Shown piece after piece: positions 40,101 through 49,615 of a stretch of 64,000 bases of DNA. Position 1 is the stretch's first letter. Each line of letters opens with the position of its first letter. The stretch comes from Calditrichia bacterium. GTDB taxonomy: Bacteria > Calditrichota > Calditrichia > RBG-13-44-9 > J075. Both the position numbers and the translations under genes were made by a program. The stretch is from assembly GCA_050633245.1 (NCBI GenBank), contig JBOEGD010000018.1, positions 1-64,000 of the forward strand, read 5' to 3'. The notes under the pieces are model-generated. The model was not told the origin of the DNA. It ran no database searches and saw only the letters and a program-made list of their open reading frames with translations.

Positions 40101-41300
40101 GTTACCTTTAACTGGGCTAATGAAATACATCGCTTCGCACCTACTTTGAACGTGCGGCAGTTTACCCAAAACGCTCGTGATGAGTTAGTTGATGAGCTGG
40201 AACCATTCGATATACTTATATGTAGCTATGGGCTGTTGCAGAGTGAAGTTGATCTGCTCTGCAGTGTAGAGTGGGGGACCGTAGTTTTAGATGAGGCTCA
40301 GGCTATAAAAAATGTTGCGACCAAGCGAAGTAAAGCGGCCATGAAGTTGCGCGGCGGATTCAAGTTGATTACCACCGGCACGCCGATGGAGAATCATCTT
40401 GGTGAGCTTTGGACACTCTTTAACTTTATAAACCCGGGCTTGTTGGGATCGCTGAAATCGTTTAATACCACCTACGCCATGCGGATTACCAAGTTTGATG
40501 ACAGGAAAGCTCGAAATCGCTTAAAGCGTTTGCTTCAGCCGTTTATTCTTCGTCGCTTAAAAAGCGACGTACTTGATGAGTTACCGCCGAAAACAGAGAT
40601 TAATCTGAACGTTGATCTCTCACGGGAAGAGGCTGCCTTTTACGAAGCGCTGCGCCAGAAAGCGGTGCATAATCTATCTGTCCTTGACGCTGCTACCTCA
40701 GATGGCCGCTTTCAGGTGTTCGCTGAGTTGATGCGTTTACGTCGTGCCTGCTGCCATACAAGTCTCGTTGTTCCCGGTAGCGACATTAAAAGCACGAAGC
40801 TTACGCTTTTTCTGGAGTTGGTCTATGAACTGATCGAAGGGCGACACAAGGTGTTGGTGTTCAGTCAGTTTGTCGATCACCTGACAATTATTTCAGACGC
40901 TTTACGAGAGCATGACATCTCATTTCAATACTTGGACGGTTCGACTCCGATTCCGCAGCGTAAAAAACGTGTGGAAGCCTTTCAGGCAGGCGAGGGAGAC
41001 GTCTTCTTAATCAGCCTGCGTGCTGGCGGTATGGGGCTTAATCTGACAGCTGCAGACTACGTCATCCACATGGATCCCTGGTGGAACCCTGCGGTAGAAG
41101 ATCAGGCCTCAGATCGTGCGCATCGCATTGGTCAAGAGCGTCCGGTAACCGTTTATCGTTTTATTACTACCAACACCATTGAAGAAAAAATCATCGACCT
41201 GCATTCCCGCAAACGCGACCTCGCCGATGCCCTGCTCGAAGGCACCGATACGCCGAGTAGTATCTCGGTCGATGAGCTGGTGCAGCTGGTTAGAGAGTAG
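37164..41300 (+). CDS. SNF2/SWI2-family helicase-like ATPase with long helical N-terminus
   Basis: LRDYQ, LADDMGLGKT, DEAQ, TGTPMENHL, LVFSQF, GLNLTAAD, DPWWNP, DRAHRIGQ. Confidence 0.95.
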   Translation: MTPVRLFTIYDNLDPLQQSIVQICSIAYRGQSKEDLLKCLDKANICKPAGLAYEYEDLKPILEKLVEQDILSITRQISCNPQLIEYVMRKIYLRPPFKKLLSVVRDVHPLERNGFSYSFGGLNLLDENVPREIRLAIYEGDGDRYNRLVGYAESRQLHNLPTFFLQMVCANPFEPEWFARLYKPFREAAMTEIVHNAILMLEPCHAYLTYLKSLDSSDLSSTMAENLALILLIRGQTSAATELLETSVESGSADVSFALIQLLSGNVDRSLPLFRSALKYHRKLSLNRKDFLRHPGGVFYWLALLAENSPRDLDELEKVVAVDYSNLSSTALGCLKVMQMAMVCLRSSSSGMPSRLLLSENGDEKDSIVVLFKSLIMLWYFQEELTQQHGLLYNYFLQARQSGHRWLEMEFAAILKESGYRAAKVDESVENLPARLKFTPLAHLRQPLSAWERCLNALETLPEDSFSSLNSFSTERLVYLVSTESDGSLHFSPYLQKRSAKKGWSKGRAVGLGRLLHADLACMSAQDHEIAKTILREPGYYGNEKLSFDTWQAALAAAGHPLLFLADSPGHPVQIIRDVPTVVVAGNSTGFSISISVAPQKSGITIVEEAMDRFRIFEFTPQHLRVAEVLGSEEMLIPAEGEEQLRQMLGKLSGLITIYSTLEGEHNSVVAVDAKDELHGHLIPVGDGFKLEMLVKPVGQDGPYLKPGKGSLNILATINGQRLQARRDLAAEELRIEKVLEACPGLQLLDTGTNIWVLDDLEHCLTTLLELQKIPDLITLEWPEGQTMKIQSRLDLNNVSIRIEQQQDWFGLSGRVELDDKTVMQMHELLTLLDDSPSGFVKIRAGEFLALTDSLQRRLEDLKAFSQKKAKTLEIHPTAAYALEEFLQSFGSAQVDGSWKEHIARLESAEDMDFEIPSTLQTELRDYQVHGFKWLARLSYLKFGACLADDMGLGKTIQALAVLLMRAKEGPALVVAPASVTFNWANEIHRFAPTLNVRQFTQNARDELVDELEPFDILICSYGLLQSEVDLLCSVEWGTVVLDEAQAIKNVATKRSKAAMKLRGGFKLITTGTPMENHLGELWTLFNFINPGLLGSLKSFNTTYAMRITKFDDRKARNRLKRLLQPFILRRLKSDVLDELPPKTEINLNVDLSREEAAFYEALRQKAVHNLSVLDAATSDGRFQVFAELMRLRRACCHTSLVVPGSDIKSTKLTLFLELVYELIEGRHKVLVFSQFVDHLTIISDALREHDISFQYLDGSTPIPQRKKRVEAFQAGEGDVFLISLRAGGMGLNLTAADYVIHMDPWWNPAVEDQASDRAHRIGQERPVTVYRFITTNTIEEKIIDLHSRKRDLADALLEGTDTPSSISVDELVQLVRE

Positions 41301-41483
41301 GGAGTTTTATTTCTACTTGCTTTCTTTCGCTTCAAAAGGTAGTCTTTATTACTCCCTAATTAGTTTTTTAGTAACACTTATTGATTGTTGATGATAGCCA
41401 GGCATTTTATTTTACCTCTGGAATCATCCGCAATACATATTCTCCTCGCAATGCTTATATATCGAGTGAATGGGAAACTTTCG

Positions 41484-42284
41484 ATGAAAGATTTTAAGGA
41501 TAGTAATAGTAAAAAATTGCCACAAAGAGAGGATGGCTCTGGTAATGATAGTTCTATCAGTGCCGGTGATGTGCAAAAGTCTTTGTTGGTGTCAGGTAAT
41601 AACAATTCTATTTCTATAAATGAAACGAGTGAGCATAACTTTCCTGATTTAGAACCAGAAAAAAACGCCAAGCTAATATTGGTTCGTTTTCTTGCTGTCA
41701 TCGCGGTATTGTGTGTACCACTAATTACTTATCTGCTTAGTGAGAATGAAGGAACGCTTGAAATATTAACAAACCAGAATAGTGTGGATGTTTTTCTCAA
41801 TGAATCTCATAAAGGAATTGCCAGTCCTGGAAAAAGGCTGGTACTAGAAAATCTAAAGTCCGGGAGCTGGTCACTACGTGCTGAAAAAGAAGGCTATATG
41901 TCGTATATTGAAGAGGTAATAATTTCTTCGGGTCAATTAACGACTAAAACTGCTCATCTCGATAAGCGTCCCCAAGTCTCTTCTGAAAAAGTAGATTCAA
42001 CGCAATCAGTAGCTGGCTCAGGCTATAAGCAACCTCAACCCAAAGTTATTCCACAGCGCCTTAAGGCTATAACTGTTGGATTTCTGGTCTCCAATCCAAT
42101 GAGAGATGGTCGTGTTTTTATCGATGGGAAACTAGCCTCTGTTCCACAAAATACAATTTTAAAAGAGTTGAAGCTTGTTGATACTAAACCGCACCGGATT
42201 GTGGTGAAGACCGTTACTGATAGCTGTGTTGCCGAAGGACCATTTGAAGATGGTAGCACGATCTCCATGTATTGTACGAAATAA
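41484..42284 (+). CDS. Single-TM protein with PEGA-like domain(s)
   Basis: TM, then GTLEILTN…VFLN…LKSGSWSLRAEKEGY. Start moved to MKDFK. Confidence 0.65.
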   Translation: MKDFKDSNSKKLPQREDGSGNDSSISAGDVQKSLLVSGNNNSISINETSEHNFPDLEPEKNAKLILVRFLAVIAVLCVPLITYLLSENEGTLEILTNQNSVDVFLNESHKGIASPGKRLVLENLKSGSWSLRAEKEGYMSYIEEVIISSGQLTTKTAHLDKRPQVSSEKVDSTQSVAGSGYKQPQPKVIPQRLKAITVGFLVSNPMRDGRVFIDGKLASVPQNTILKELKLVDTKPHRIVVKTVTDSCVAEGPFEDGSTISMYCTK

Positions 42285-42561
42285 ACAATACAAAGATGAA
42301 AATCGATCTATTAGGTTTGGGTGGCTTCTCTACCTCATTAGATACATCCAACCCATTCCCTTTTCGCCTTTTGCAAGGCACATTTCCCACTTGATAAAAA
42401 TCTAAAACTTCCATTTCTTGCGAAAACTACCCATTGTCTGCATCTGATATAGCGAAGGCAGACCTTTTAGGCAGATTGAACAAGTTTTCTCTGCCAGCTG
42501 GAACCTCTTCACTGGACTTTACCCACTTAAAGATACAAAAACTATTACGACGAGAAATTCT

Positions 42562-43521
42562 ATGCATAAATCCATTTGCAAATTTTTTCATTTATTGCTC
42601 TTCTTATGCTTCTGTGCGGAGGCTGGTGAACCACTCAAGGGCAAAAGCCTGTATGTTTGGAGCTTCGCTGCAAAAGAGGGTATTTCCGAACAGTTTGCTG
42701 TGAATGTAACTGAAGAAGTAGAAGAGCTGTTGATCAACAGTCGACAAATAACGGTTTTACAGCGTCGAGAAATGAAAGGCCTTTTCGAGCAAAGTCAACA
42801 GGAGATTTTGCTGGACGGAATTAATTCGTTAGCTGACTCTGTTGTCGAAAAGTTGAGATTTAAAAAAGTGAACATTGTTGTCTTGGGTGAAGTGAAGTTT
42901 GAAAACGAGAGCGGCTTAATCAAAATTCGCGTTTTTGTGAACGATTTTAATTCAGAGATCTATGTCTCGAAAACGATTTTTTGCCCGAAGAGTATAATTA
43001 GTGATCCGCAAGAGAGAATGCCTCACATTAAAAATCTAGTGAATCAGCTTCTAAATGGAATGATGTTAGAAAATAAGAATCCGGTTGTTCCTCCTATAAA
43101 GAATGATTCCAATTCACCGATAAAACCGAAAAAAGAACAGGACTTCTCACTTCTCTTTAACCTGCTCCCTGGTGGTGCACAATTTCAGCGACAACGCCCT
43201 ATTAAAGGTCTTTTAGTTGCCTCAAGTGCTATCGGTTTTACTTTAGCAGCAATCTGGGCAGGGACACAGCGCAATACAAATCTCGAAAACGCTGCGCGTA
43301 CAACAGGTAGCGGTAGAGAACATTATATCGATCAGTCTGAAACTTGGAAAAAGAGACAGTCCGGATTCGTATTGGGAGCAGTGGGGGTTTATTTATTTGG
43401 CCTTACAGACTTACTTCGACCAATCGAACCTATTCCTAATGCAAGCTTGGCACTACGTATTACGCCCGGTAATGAAAAGCATAGTCGCAGTTTTGCTGTC
43501 GATGTTCGATTGAGCTTATAA
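42562..43521 (+). CDS. Secreted/membrane protein: CsgG-like N-domain plus C-terminal membrane hairpins
   Basis: Signal peptide, ITVLQRREM…VVLGEV, 'LLPGGAQF' followed by hydrophobic helices. Confidence 0.6.
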   Translation: MHKSICKFFHLLLFLCFCAEAGEPLKGKSLYVWSFAAKEGISEQFAVNVTEEVEELLINSRQITVLQRREMKGLFEQSQQEILLDGINSLADSVVEKLRFKKVNIVVLGEVKFENESGLIKIRVFVNDFNSEIYVSKTIFCPKSIISDPQERMPHIKNLVNQLLNGMMLENKNPVVPPIKNDSNSPIKPKKEQDFSLLFNLLPGGAQFQRQRPIKGLLVASSAIGFTLAAIWAGTQRNTNLENAARTTGSGREHYIDQSETWKKRQSGFVLGAVGVYLFGLTDLLRPIEPIPNASLALRITPGNEKHSRSFAVDVRLSL

Positions 43522-44068
43522 AAAGGGGACTATTGAACCCGGAACGCAACGAAATACTGTTGCGACCACCGTGTCGTCAAACCGCGAATACTATGTGAAT
43601 ATTCGAAGATATATGCAGCACTCCGCTGCCTACGAAGTGAAATCAGAGTTTTTTCCAATTGGGGTTCAAGACATAGGAGAACCAAATGATAACCAATTTG
43701 GGGCAACTGTAATTAGCCCGAAATCACAAGCTAATGCATTGATTGGCTTCTCTGAGGATAACTCAGACTGGTATCAGGTAACATTTTCGGATAGCGGCGT
43801 ATTTCGGGTCTTTGTTGAAAACAAAATGTTGGGAACAACTGCGGCAGCGCGGATGGGAAGAACGATTGTTTATCGACAAAATGGAACAAAATTGGAGGTT
43901 GTTGCAAAAATTGCCCAGACTGTATTTGATGATTTTATCCATAATGGCACGTTACGGAGCAGCGATGAAATAATGGTGGAAGCTGGTGAAATTTTTTTAA
44001 TCAATGTTCCAAAATGACAGAATTCCGCAGTTTTATATAATCTTAGATGCGTTTTTATTGGCAATTGA
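43514..44068 (+). pseudogene. 5'-truncated fragment of a PPC-like repeat protein, paralogous to the 45077 C-terminus, with an internal TGA
   Basis: DIGEPND and DWY motifs. The frame continues past TGA 44015-44017 (VPK*QNSAVLYNL vs VPRWDKHVAPYTL). Confidence 0.6.
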
Positions 44069-44093
44069 AAACCAGAGTATTGATTGGAGAAAT

Positions 44094-45023
44094 ATGCAGG
44101 TACAACGACTATGTCGAATGTTCAAGTTCTTAACTCTTTGTCTACTTGGCTTTGCCTTCTGGATCTTAAGCTGTGATTCAGTAAACCCGGAAATTTGCCC
44201 GACTACAAAAATATTTGGCAATGCTTACAATCAACTAAATTCGTCCAGTCAGATAGCCAATGTATTGGTGCGCCTGGCTCCGGGAAATACTACAAAATTA
44301 ACTGACTCAGACGGTTACTTTGAATTTGATGTGGAATCAGGAAACCGTTATACGCTCACTTTTGAAAAAGAAGGTTTTGAAAATGTGAATCAGTCCATCG
44401 CTATCGATTGTAGCGAGGGTGATCGAAATTTGGATGCCATAATGGAACCGATCCAACCCATTCTGATAGCAATGCCATTGGCTGCCGATTTTGGCTCCAG
44501 CAATACAACTCTGCCAATCGAAATTCGCAATGAAGGGAAGGGAATATTGGATTGGCAGATTGCGGAAAATGTTGACTGGCTATCCATCAATCCGTTGACG
44601 GGGAGCACCGAGAGTGAGGTTTCTACGCTTGTTCTAACGGTGAACAGAGGGAATTTGCCAAATGGTGAGTTCTCCCGGAGTTTTGCTATTTCTTCGAATG
44701 GTGGAAGTCAAACGATTGATGTTTCTGTCAGCAAGGTAGACCAATTGGAGGTCTCCCCGTTAAACCTCGACTTTGGTACCTCGCAAAATCAACAAAGTAT
44801 ATTTTTGAGGAATTTGGGGGTGTCAACAATTAACTATTCGGTTCTCGAAAGTCTTGCCTGGCTCACGGTTAGTCCGGTGCAGGGAAGCCTGGACAATGGA
44901 ATCGAACCTGTCTCCATTTCAATCGACCGAAATCTCTTAACCTCTGGTACACATACGGGAAACATTACGATTACATCGAATGTGAACAGTGCCATTGTTG
45001 ACGTATCGGTTGAAGTTGAATGA
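44094..45023 (+). CDS. Lipoprotein: carboxypeptidase-regulatory-like domain + 2 BACON domains
   Basis: SD GGAGA, lipobox ILS|C, TDSDGYFEF, 'DWLSINPLTG', 'WLTVSPVQG'. Confidence 0.75.
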   Translation: MQVQRLCRMFKFLTLCLLGFAFWILSCDSVNPEICPTTKIFGNAYNQLNSSSQIANVLVRLAPGNTTKLTDSDGYFEFDVESGNRYTLTFEKEGFENVNQSIAIDCSEGDRNLDAIMEPIQPILIAMPLAADFGSSNTTLPIEIRNEGKGILDWQIAENVDWLSINPLTGSTESEVSTLVLTVNRGNLPNGEFSRSFAISSNGGSQTIDVSVSKVDQLEVSPLNLDFGTSQNQQSIFLRNLGVSTINYSVLESLAWLTVSPVQGSLDNGIEPVSISIDRNLLTSGTHTGNITITSNVNSAIVDVSVEVE

Positions 45024-45076
45024 GATCAGCTTTGTAATGTCAGAAAGTTTGGGATATAAATAGGGAGAATTTATAT

Positions 45077-48000
45077 ATGAGATATTTAATAGTTGCTTTG
45101 CTATTGGGAACAGTCGTCATACTTAGCTGTGAGTTTTTAGCAGGTCCGGAAGAAGACAAGGCTGGCGAGGCCTCAATTTCCGGGCAGGTAAAGGACACAA
45201 ATGGTCAAAATGTTAGAGATGTGATCATCTCTACCGCTCCCGAGACGAGAAGTGTATTGACTGATGGGGAGGGAAGATATGTGTTGACAGAGCTCCCGTA
45301 TAATCCTTACACCATTAGCGCTCAGAAAGATGGTTACCAAACCGAGCAGAAAAACGTTACGATAGATGCGGATACTGATTACCCCATCTCGTTTGTGCTT
45401 CGCACGTCTGATCCGGTGCTGAGAACCAATCCTCTCCTTCTCGACTTTGGTGCAACGACTACCGTTCTTCCGCTTGAAATCATCAATGATGGCGAAGGAA
45501 TACTGAATTGGCAAATCACCGAAGACGTACCTTGGATTATAAACATCTCACCCAGGCATAGCGGACAGAGTCGTGCCGATTCTTCAGCGGTTGTAACCGT
45601 CCAAGTGGATAGAAGTAATTTACCTGAAGGACGAGAAACCAATAGCCTGACAATCTCTTCTAATGCCGGTGCACGCGTCGTGAGCGTTGCGATTACAAAG
45701 GGGGCATTTATTGAAGCCTCAAGTGAGAACCTGGATTTTGATACGTCTTTAGAGCAGCTGTTTTTTACACTGAAAAACGGCGGAGAAGGGACTATTAATT
45801 ATTCCATTTCTACGACAGCTTCCTGGTTGACTGTTAACCCCGGCAGCGGTAGCCTGGAAAATGAAGAGGACATTATTGAGGTAAATGTAAATCGGGTTGG
45901 ATTACCATTCAATACTTACTACGGGCGAATTGTTGTCAATTCGGGTTCCGGTACAATAAATATTGACGTTGTGATGGTGGTGCCCAACCCAAATGAACCT
46001 CAGCTGACCCTGTCTTCTAATTCGCTTGACTTTGGAAATTCATTTGTTGATATCGATCTGCAAATTTCCAACTCAGGTGTTGGTACTCTAAACTGGCAAA
46101 TAAACGAGAGTTTGGACTGGCTCACAGTTTCGTTGGCGAATGGAACTTCAATGCCAGGTCAACCATCGACAGTTAAGTTTACTGTCTCGAGGGCGAATCG
46201 TAATGCAGGAACGTATGACAATCAGGTTAATATTATAACAAATGATCCAAACACGTCCAACTTTTCGCTTAATGTACGAATGGTAATTGAAGACACTCCG
46301 GTTCTGGCGCTTTCCGAAGAGGTGCTGGATTTTGGTCGGAGTAGTACCTCGCGAAGTTTCGAAGTTTCTAACACAGGTACCGGTTCATTAAACTGGAGTG
46401 TTGCCGGCAATAGGCCCTGGTTGTCTTTTAATCCGATCACCGGTGACAATCAAGGAACTGTGAACGTGCAGGTAGATCGTGTTTTGGCTGGTCCGGGAAG
46501 TCATAGCGGGCAAATTGATGTGACCTCCAATGCCGGGACCAAACCGGTGTTGATATTCCTGGAGAATCGCAGTAACAATGTGGCACCAACAGCTGAGTTT
46601 GTTTCAACTCCGCTAATAGGTGAGGTGTCGACGGTCTTTTCATTTGATGCCTCTCCATCAACAGATGATTTTGATCCATTGGACTCATTAGAATTTCGCT
46701 GGAAATGGGATGCCGCCTCGGAATTTACCGAATGGTCGAGCGATCGAACTGCAATGCATCAATATTCCAATACCGGCACAAAGTTTATTACTCTGGAAGT
46801 GCGGGATCTGGAAGAGGCTGTTGGAAGCGTTTCCAAATCCGTTTCAGTCAGACAAAATCAACCACCAAGTGCCGCATTTATCGTGAGCCCACTGACTGGT
46901 ACTGTCTCAACTCTGTTCGAATTTGATGCGGGTCAGTCATCAGACGATATCACCCCAGTTGGTGATCTGGAGGTGCGTTGGCAATGGGACTCGGGGAGCA
47001 GCTTTACCAGCTGGACAACCCAAAAACTGGCAAGTTATCAATATGTCGTAATCGGACAAAAACAGATAGTTCTGGAAGTTCGGGATGGAGCCGGTTTGGT
47101 TTCTAGTACTGCACGTACTATTCAGGTTGGGAGCGATCCGGTACAGGAGGTCGAACCAAATGATACACGCGGACAGGCAAACTCTATCGACGAGAATTCT
47201 ATTATTTATTGTGAGATCGGTGTCGGGAGTGATAATAAAGATTGGTTTGAATTAGTTGCTCCGGAGAATGGTAAGCTCTGGTTTGAAATCGAAAATCAGG
47301 AAACATCGGGCTCAAACAACGCCCGTATCAATCAATCATCTCTTTTAGTAATAAATGGATTTGATCAAACCACCTTGGCAACAGCAGGGATTTATCACAG
47401 CGGTCAATATTACATTGCTCCAAATGAAACTGCAACTAGTGCTAAAGCAGTTGTATCGAAAGACAGAACGTATTTCTTTGAGATCCCTCAATTTGCTGGG
47501 CATAGTGCTCAGTATATTTTGCGGGTCTTTTTTGAGCAGATAGCCCAAAACGACATTGGTGAGCCGAACAACCAAAGAGCAATGTCCACTAATGTTAACA
47601 GCAATGATTTTTATCAGGCACATGTCGGTTTTGCTGTAGGAGTAACAGGGAATGTTGATTCAGAAGATTGGTATGAATTCTCTTTTACTGAGAATGGCTT
47701 TGCTCAGTTCTTTATTGAAAATTTACATACAGAATCTGCGACTAATGGCAGAATTGATATTTCTACGCTTTACGGAGCAACGGTCTTTGATTTAATACCA
47801 TTGACTTCCGCATCTATTTATCATAGTGGGAGCGGTGGGGGATACTACATCGGTACTCAGGAAACAGCGACCAGCGAAAAGGCAGGCATAGATAGAGGTC
47901 GCTCTTATTTCTTACACATTCCGCAATACGCTCAACATTCGGCTCCATATGAATTTAGTCTATCATTTATTCCCATATCAACCAGCGATATTGGTGAACC

Positions 48001-48820
48001 AAATGATGATATTGCTGCCAAGACCAGTCTACCGGTGAACAATAATTATGATGCCTTGATAGGTTATTCTCAGAGCACTGGACTCTATGATGAAATAGAC
48101 TGGTATAGTCCGGACTTTAGTCAGCACGGTCTTGTTAAATTTACCGTTAAGAACCTCTTTCCAACGGGAATAGACGATGGGAGAGTTGCACCATGTAATC
48201 TTTTTGTTAAAGACGGGTTTTCTCTTAATAGCCTGGATCTTCTGCGTATTTACCACAGTGGGAGTAATGGGGGATACTTTATCGGTTCAGGTGAATCCGT
48301 AGAAGGAAGTCGTGTTGCTGTTGCAACTTCTGAAGAATATCTTTTTTCGGTAGAGCAGTTTCAGAGAAATCAAGCTCCATATAACGTGGAGCTTGAATTC
48401 ATTCCTATTCCAATTGCGGATGTTCTGGAGCCAAATGATTCTTTGCAGATAGCGGCACAAATTCCGTTTAACACTACCATAACAGGAATCTCTATTGGGT
48501 ATAATGCAGACAATGCTGATTGGTATAGTGTTACTCCCTCTCAAAATGGCTCTTTTCAATTTTCTATTTCAAATAAGCACATAGCAGGTGTTCTCGGTGG
48601 CCGTATTGCTACTTGTACGCTTTACAATGATAACGGGAGCGCCCTGGCGATGGCGCGAATCTATCATAGCGGAACCGGTGGTGGTTATTATATCGGGCCG
48701 GATGAGTCTGCTAGTAGCACTATTGAGCCTCTAATAGCAAACCAGATATATTACATCGAGGTGCCAAGATGGGATAAACACGTGGCACCGTATACCCTGC
48801 AAACTAGTTTTAGTCCTTAA
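45077..48820 (+). CDS. Large surface lipoprotein: carboxypeptidase-regulatory-like + 4 BACON + 2 PKD + 4 PPC-like repeats
   Basis: Lipobox ILS|C, repeated LDFG…WL.V, FDAS.S.DD…WxWD, EPND…DWY/F repeats with IYHSG..GGYYIG. Confidence 0.8.
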   Translation: MRYLIVALLLGTVVILSCEFLAGPEEDKAGEASISGQVKDTNGQNVRDVIISTAPETRSVLTDGEGRYVLTELPYNPYTISAQKDGYQTEQKNVTIDADTDYPISFVLRTSDPVLRTNPLLLDFGATTTVLPLEIINDGEGILNWQITEDVPWIINISPRHSGQSRADSSAVVTVQVDRSNLPEGRETNSLTISSNAGARVVSVAITKGAFIEASSENLDFDTSLEQLFFTLKNGGEGTINYSISTTASWLTVNPGSGSLENEEDIIEVNVNRVGLPFNTYYGRIVVNSGSGTINIDVVMVVPNPNEPQLTLSSNSLDFGNSFVDIDLQISNSGVGTLNWQINESLDWLTVSLANGTSMPGQPSTVKFTVSRANRNAGTYDNQVNIITNDPNTSNFSLNVRMVIEDTPVLALSEEVLDFGRSSTSRSFEVSNTGTGSLNWSVAGNRPWLSFNPITGDNQGTVNVQVDRVLAGPGSHSGQIDVTSNAGTKPVLIFLENRSNNVAPTAEFVSTPLIGEVSTVFSFDASPSTDDFDPLDSLEFRWKWDAASEFTEWSSDRTAMHQYSNTGTKFITLEVRDLEEAVGSVSKSVSVRQNQPPSAAFIVSPLTGTVSTLFEFDAGQSSDDITPVGDLEVRWQWDSGSSFTSWTTQKLASYQYVVIGQKQIVLEVRDGAGLVSSTARTIQVGSDPVQEVEPNDTRGQANSIDENSIIYCEIGVGSDNKDWFELVAPENGKLWFEIENQETSGSNNARINQSSLLVINGFDQTTLATAGIYHSGQYYIAPNETATSAKAVVSKDRTYFFEIPQFAGHSAQYILRVFFEQIAQNDIGEPNNQRAMSTNVNSNDFYQAHVGFAVGVTGNVDSEDWYEFSFTENGFAQFFIENLHTESATNGRIDISTLYGATVFDLIPLTSASIYHSGSGGGYYIGTQETATSEKAGIDRGRSYFLHIPQYAQHSAPYEFSLSFIPISTSDIGEPNDDIAAKTSLPVNNNYDALIGYSQSTGLYDEIDWYSPDFSQHGLVKFTVKNLFPTGIDDGRVAPCNLFVKDGFSLNSLDLLRIYHSGSNGGYFIGSGESVEGSRVAVATSEEYLFSVEQFQRNQAPYNVELEFIPIPIADVLEPNDSLQIAAQIPFNTTITGISIGYNADNADWYSVTPSQNGSFQFSISNKHIAGVLGGRIATCTLYNDNGSALAMARIYHSGTGGGYYIGPDESASSTIEPLIANQIYYIEVPRWDKHVAPYTLQTSFSP

Positions 48821-48876
48821 TAATGCAGTTTTTGGGTTAGACAGACTTAGAAAAAGTAATGACATCGGAGTGGAGA

Positions 48877-49602
48877 ATGTATAAGGTAATAGATATATAT
48901 ATAATTTTATTTTTATTAACCGGATGGGGTGTGGCGCAACCTGATATTCTTCGTCATGAAAAAGCTATTTCCAGCGAGGCAAAACGTTATTTCGGGAACA
49001 AAAGTGAGAATGTTGGAAATCCCTCAGCAGCATGGTCCGCTCGGAAGTTCGATGGCCGTCGCAGTAGTTTGAACAGTGCCTCTGATCGACGCTGGCTTGG
49101 CGCTCTCTTTTCGCTTTCGTACAACACCTTTACTTACACCAGCTCTTCCTGGCGAGAGCATTATGACAATATATCTGTTGAGCTGGATTCAATTGTGGTT
49201 TTGAGCGGGATCGGTGGCGCCTTTGGTTTTTGGGTCAAAGAGTTTCTGCTTTTACAGGTGGAGGGAGGCTATTTCTATAATCAAAGATTGCGTGCCAAAT
49301 ACAATGATGTTGAATATGCAAAATTTAGAGCTGAGGGCATTAGCTGGAACTTGGCTTCAATACTTACTTTTCCGATAGGCCGGTATGTAACGTTCGATGT
49401 TGGCGGCGGGTATTCCGGACACCACTTACGAATACGGTTCTTTGGGCAATCTGAGCTTGGCATTACGCGTAATTATTACGCACTTACTGGATTTCGCGTT
49501 GGCCAGTCGAAGATATCTGTTTTTCTGAATAACCATTTTTTATTTAATGCTGCAGCTATTAAGGGGTATCATATGAGAGTCGGAATTTCTTATCAGCTAT
49601 AA
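48877..49602 (+). CDS. Outer-membrane beta-barrel protein
   Basis: Signal peptide, amphipathic strands, C-terminal RVGISYQL. Confidence 0.65.
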   Translation: MYKVIDIYIILFLLTGWGVAQPDILRHEKAISSEAKRYFGNKSENVGNPSAAWSARKFDGRRSSLNSASDRRWLGALFSLSYNTFTYTSSSWREHYDNISVELDSIVVLSGIGGAFGFWVKEFLLLQVEGGYFYNQRLRAKYNDVEYAKFRAEGISWNLASILTFPIGRYVTFDVGGGYSGHHLRIRFFGQSELGITRNYYALTGFRVGQSKISVFLNNHFLFNAAAIKGYHMRVGISYQL

Positions 49603-49615
49603 CAAATGACTTGTG

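Noticed and set aside
589-44017. Stop-codon reassignment as the explanation for in-frame stops at 589, 36578 and 44015
   Set aside because: Two different codons are involved, and TAA and TGA end many intact genes here. Pseudogenisation or sequence error is simpler.
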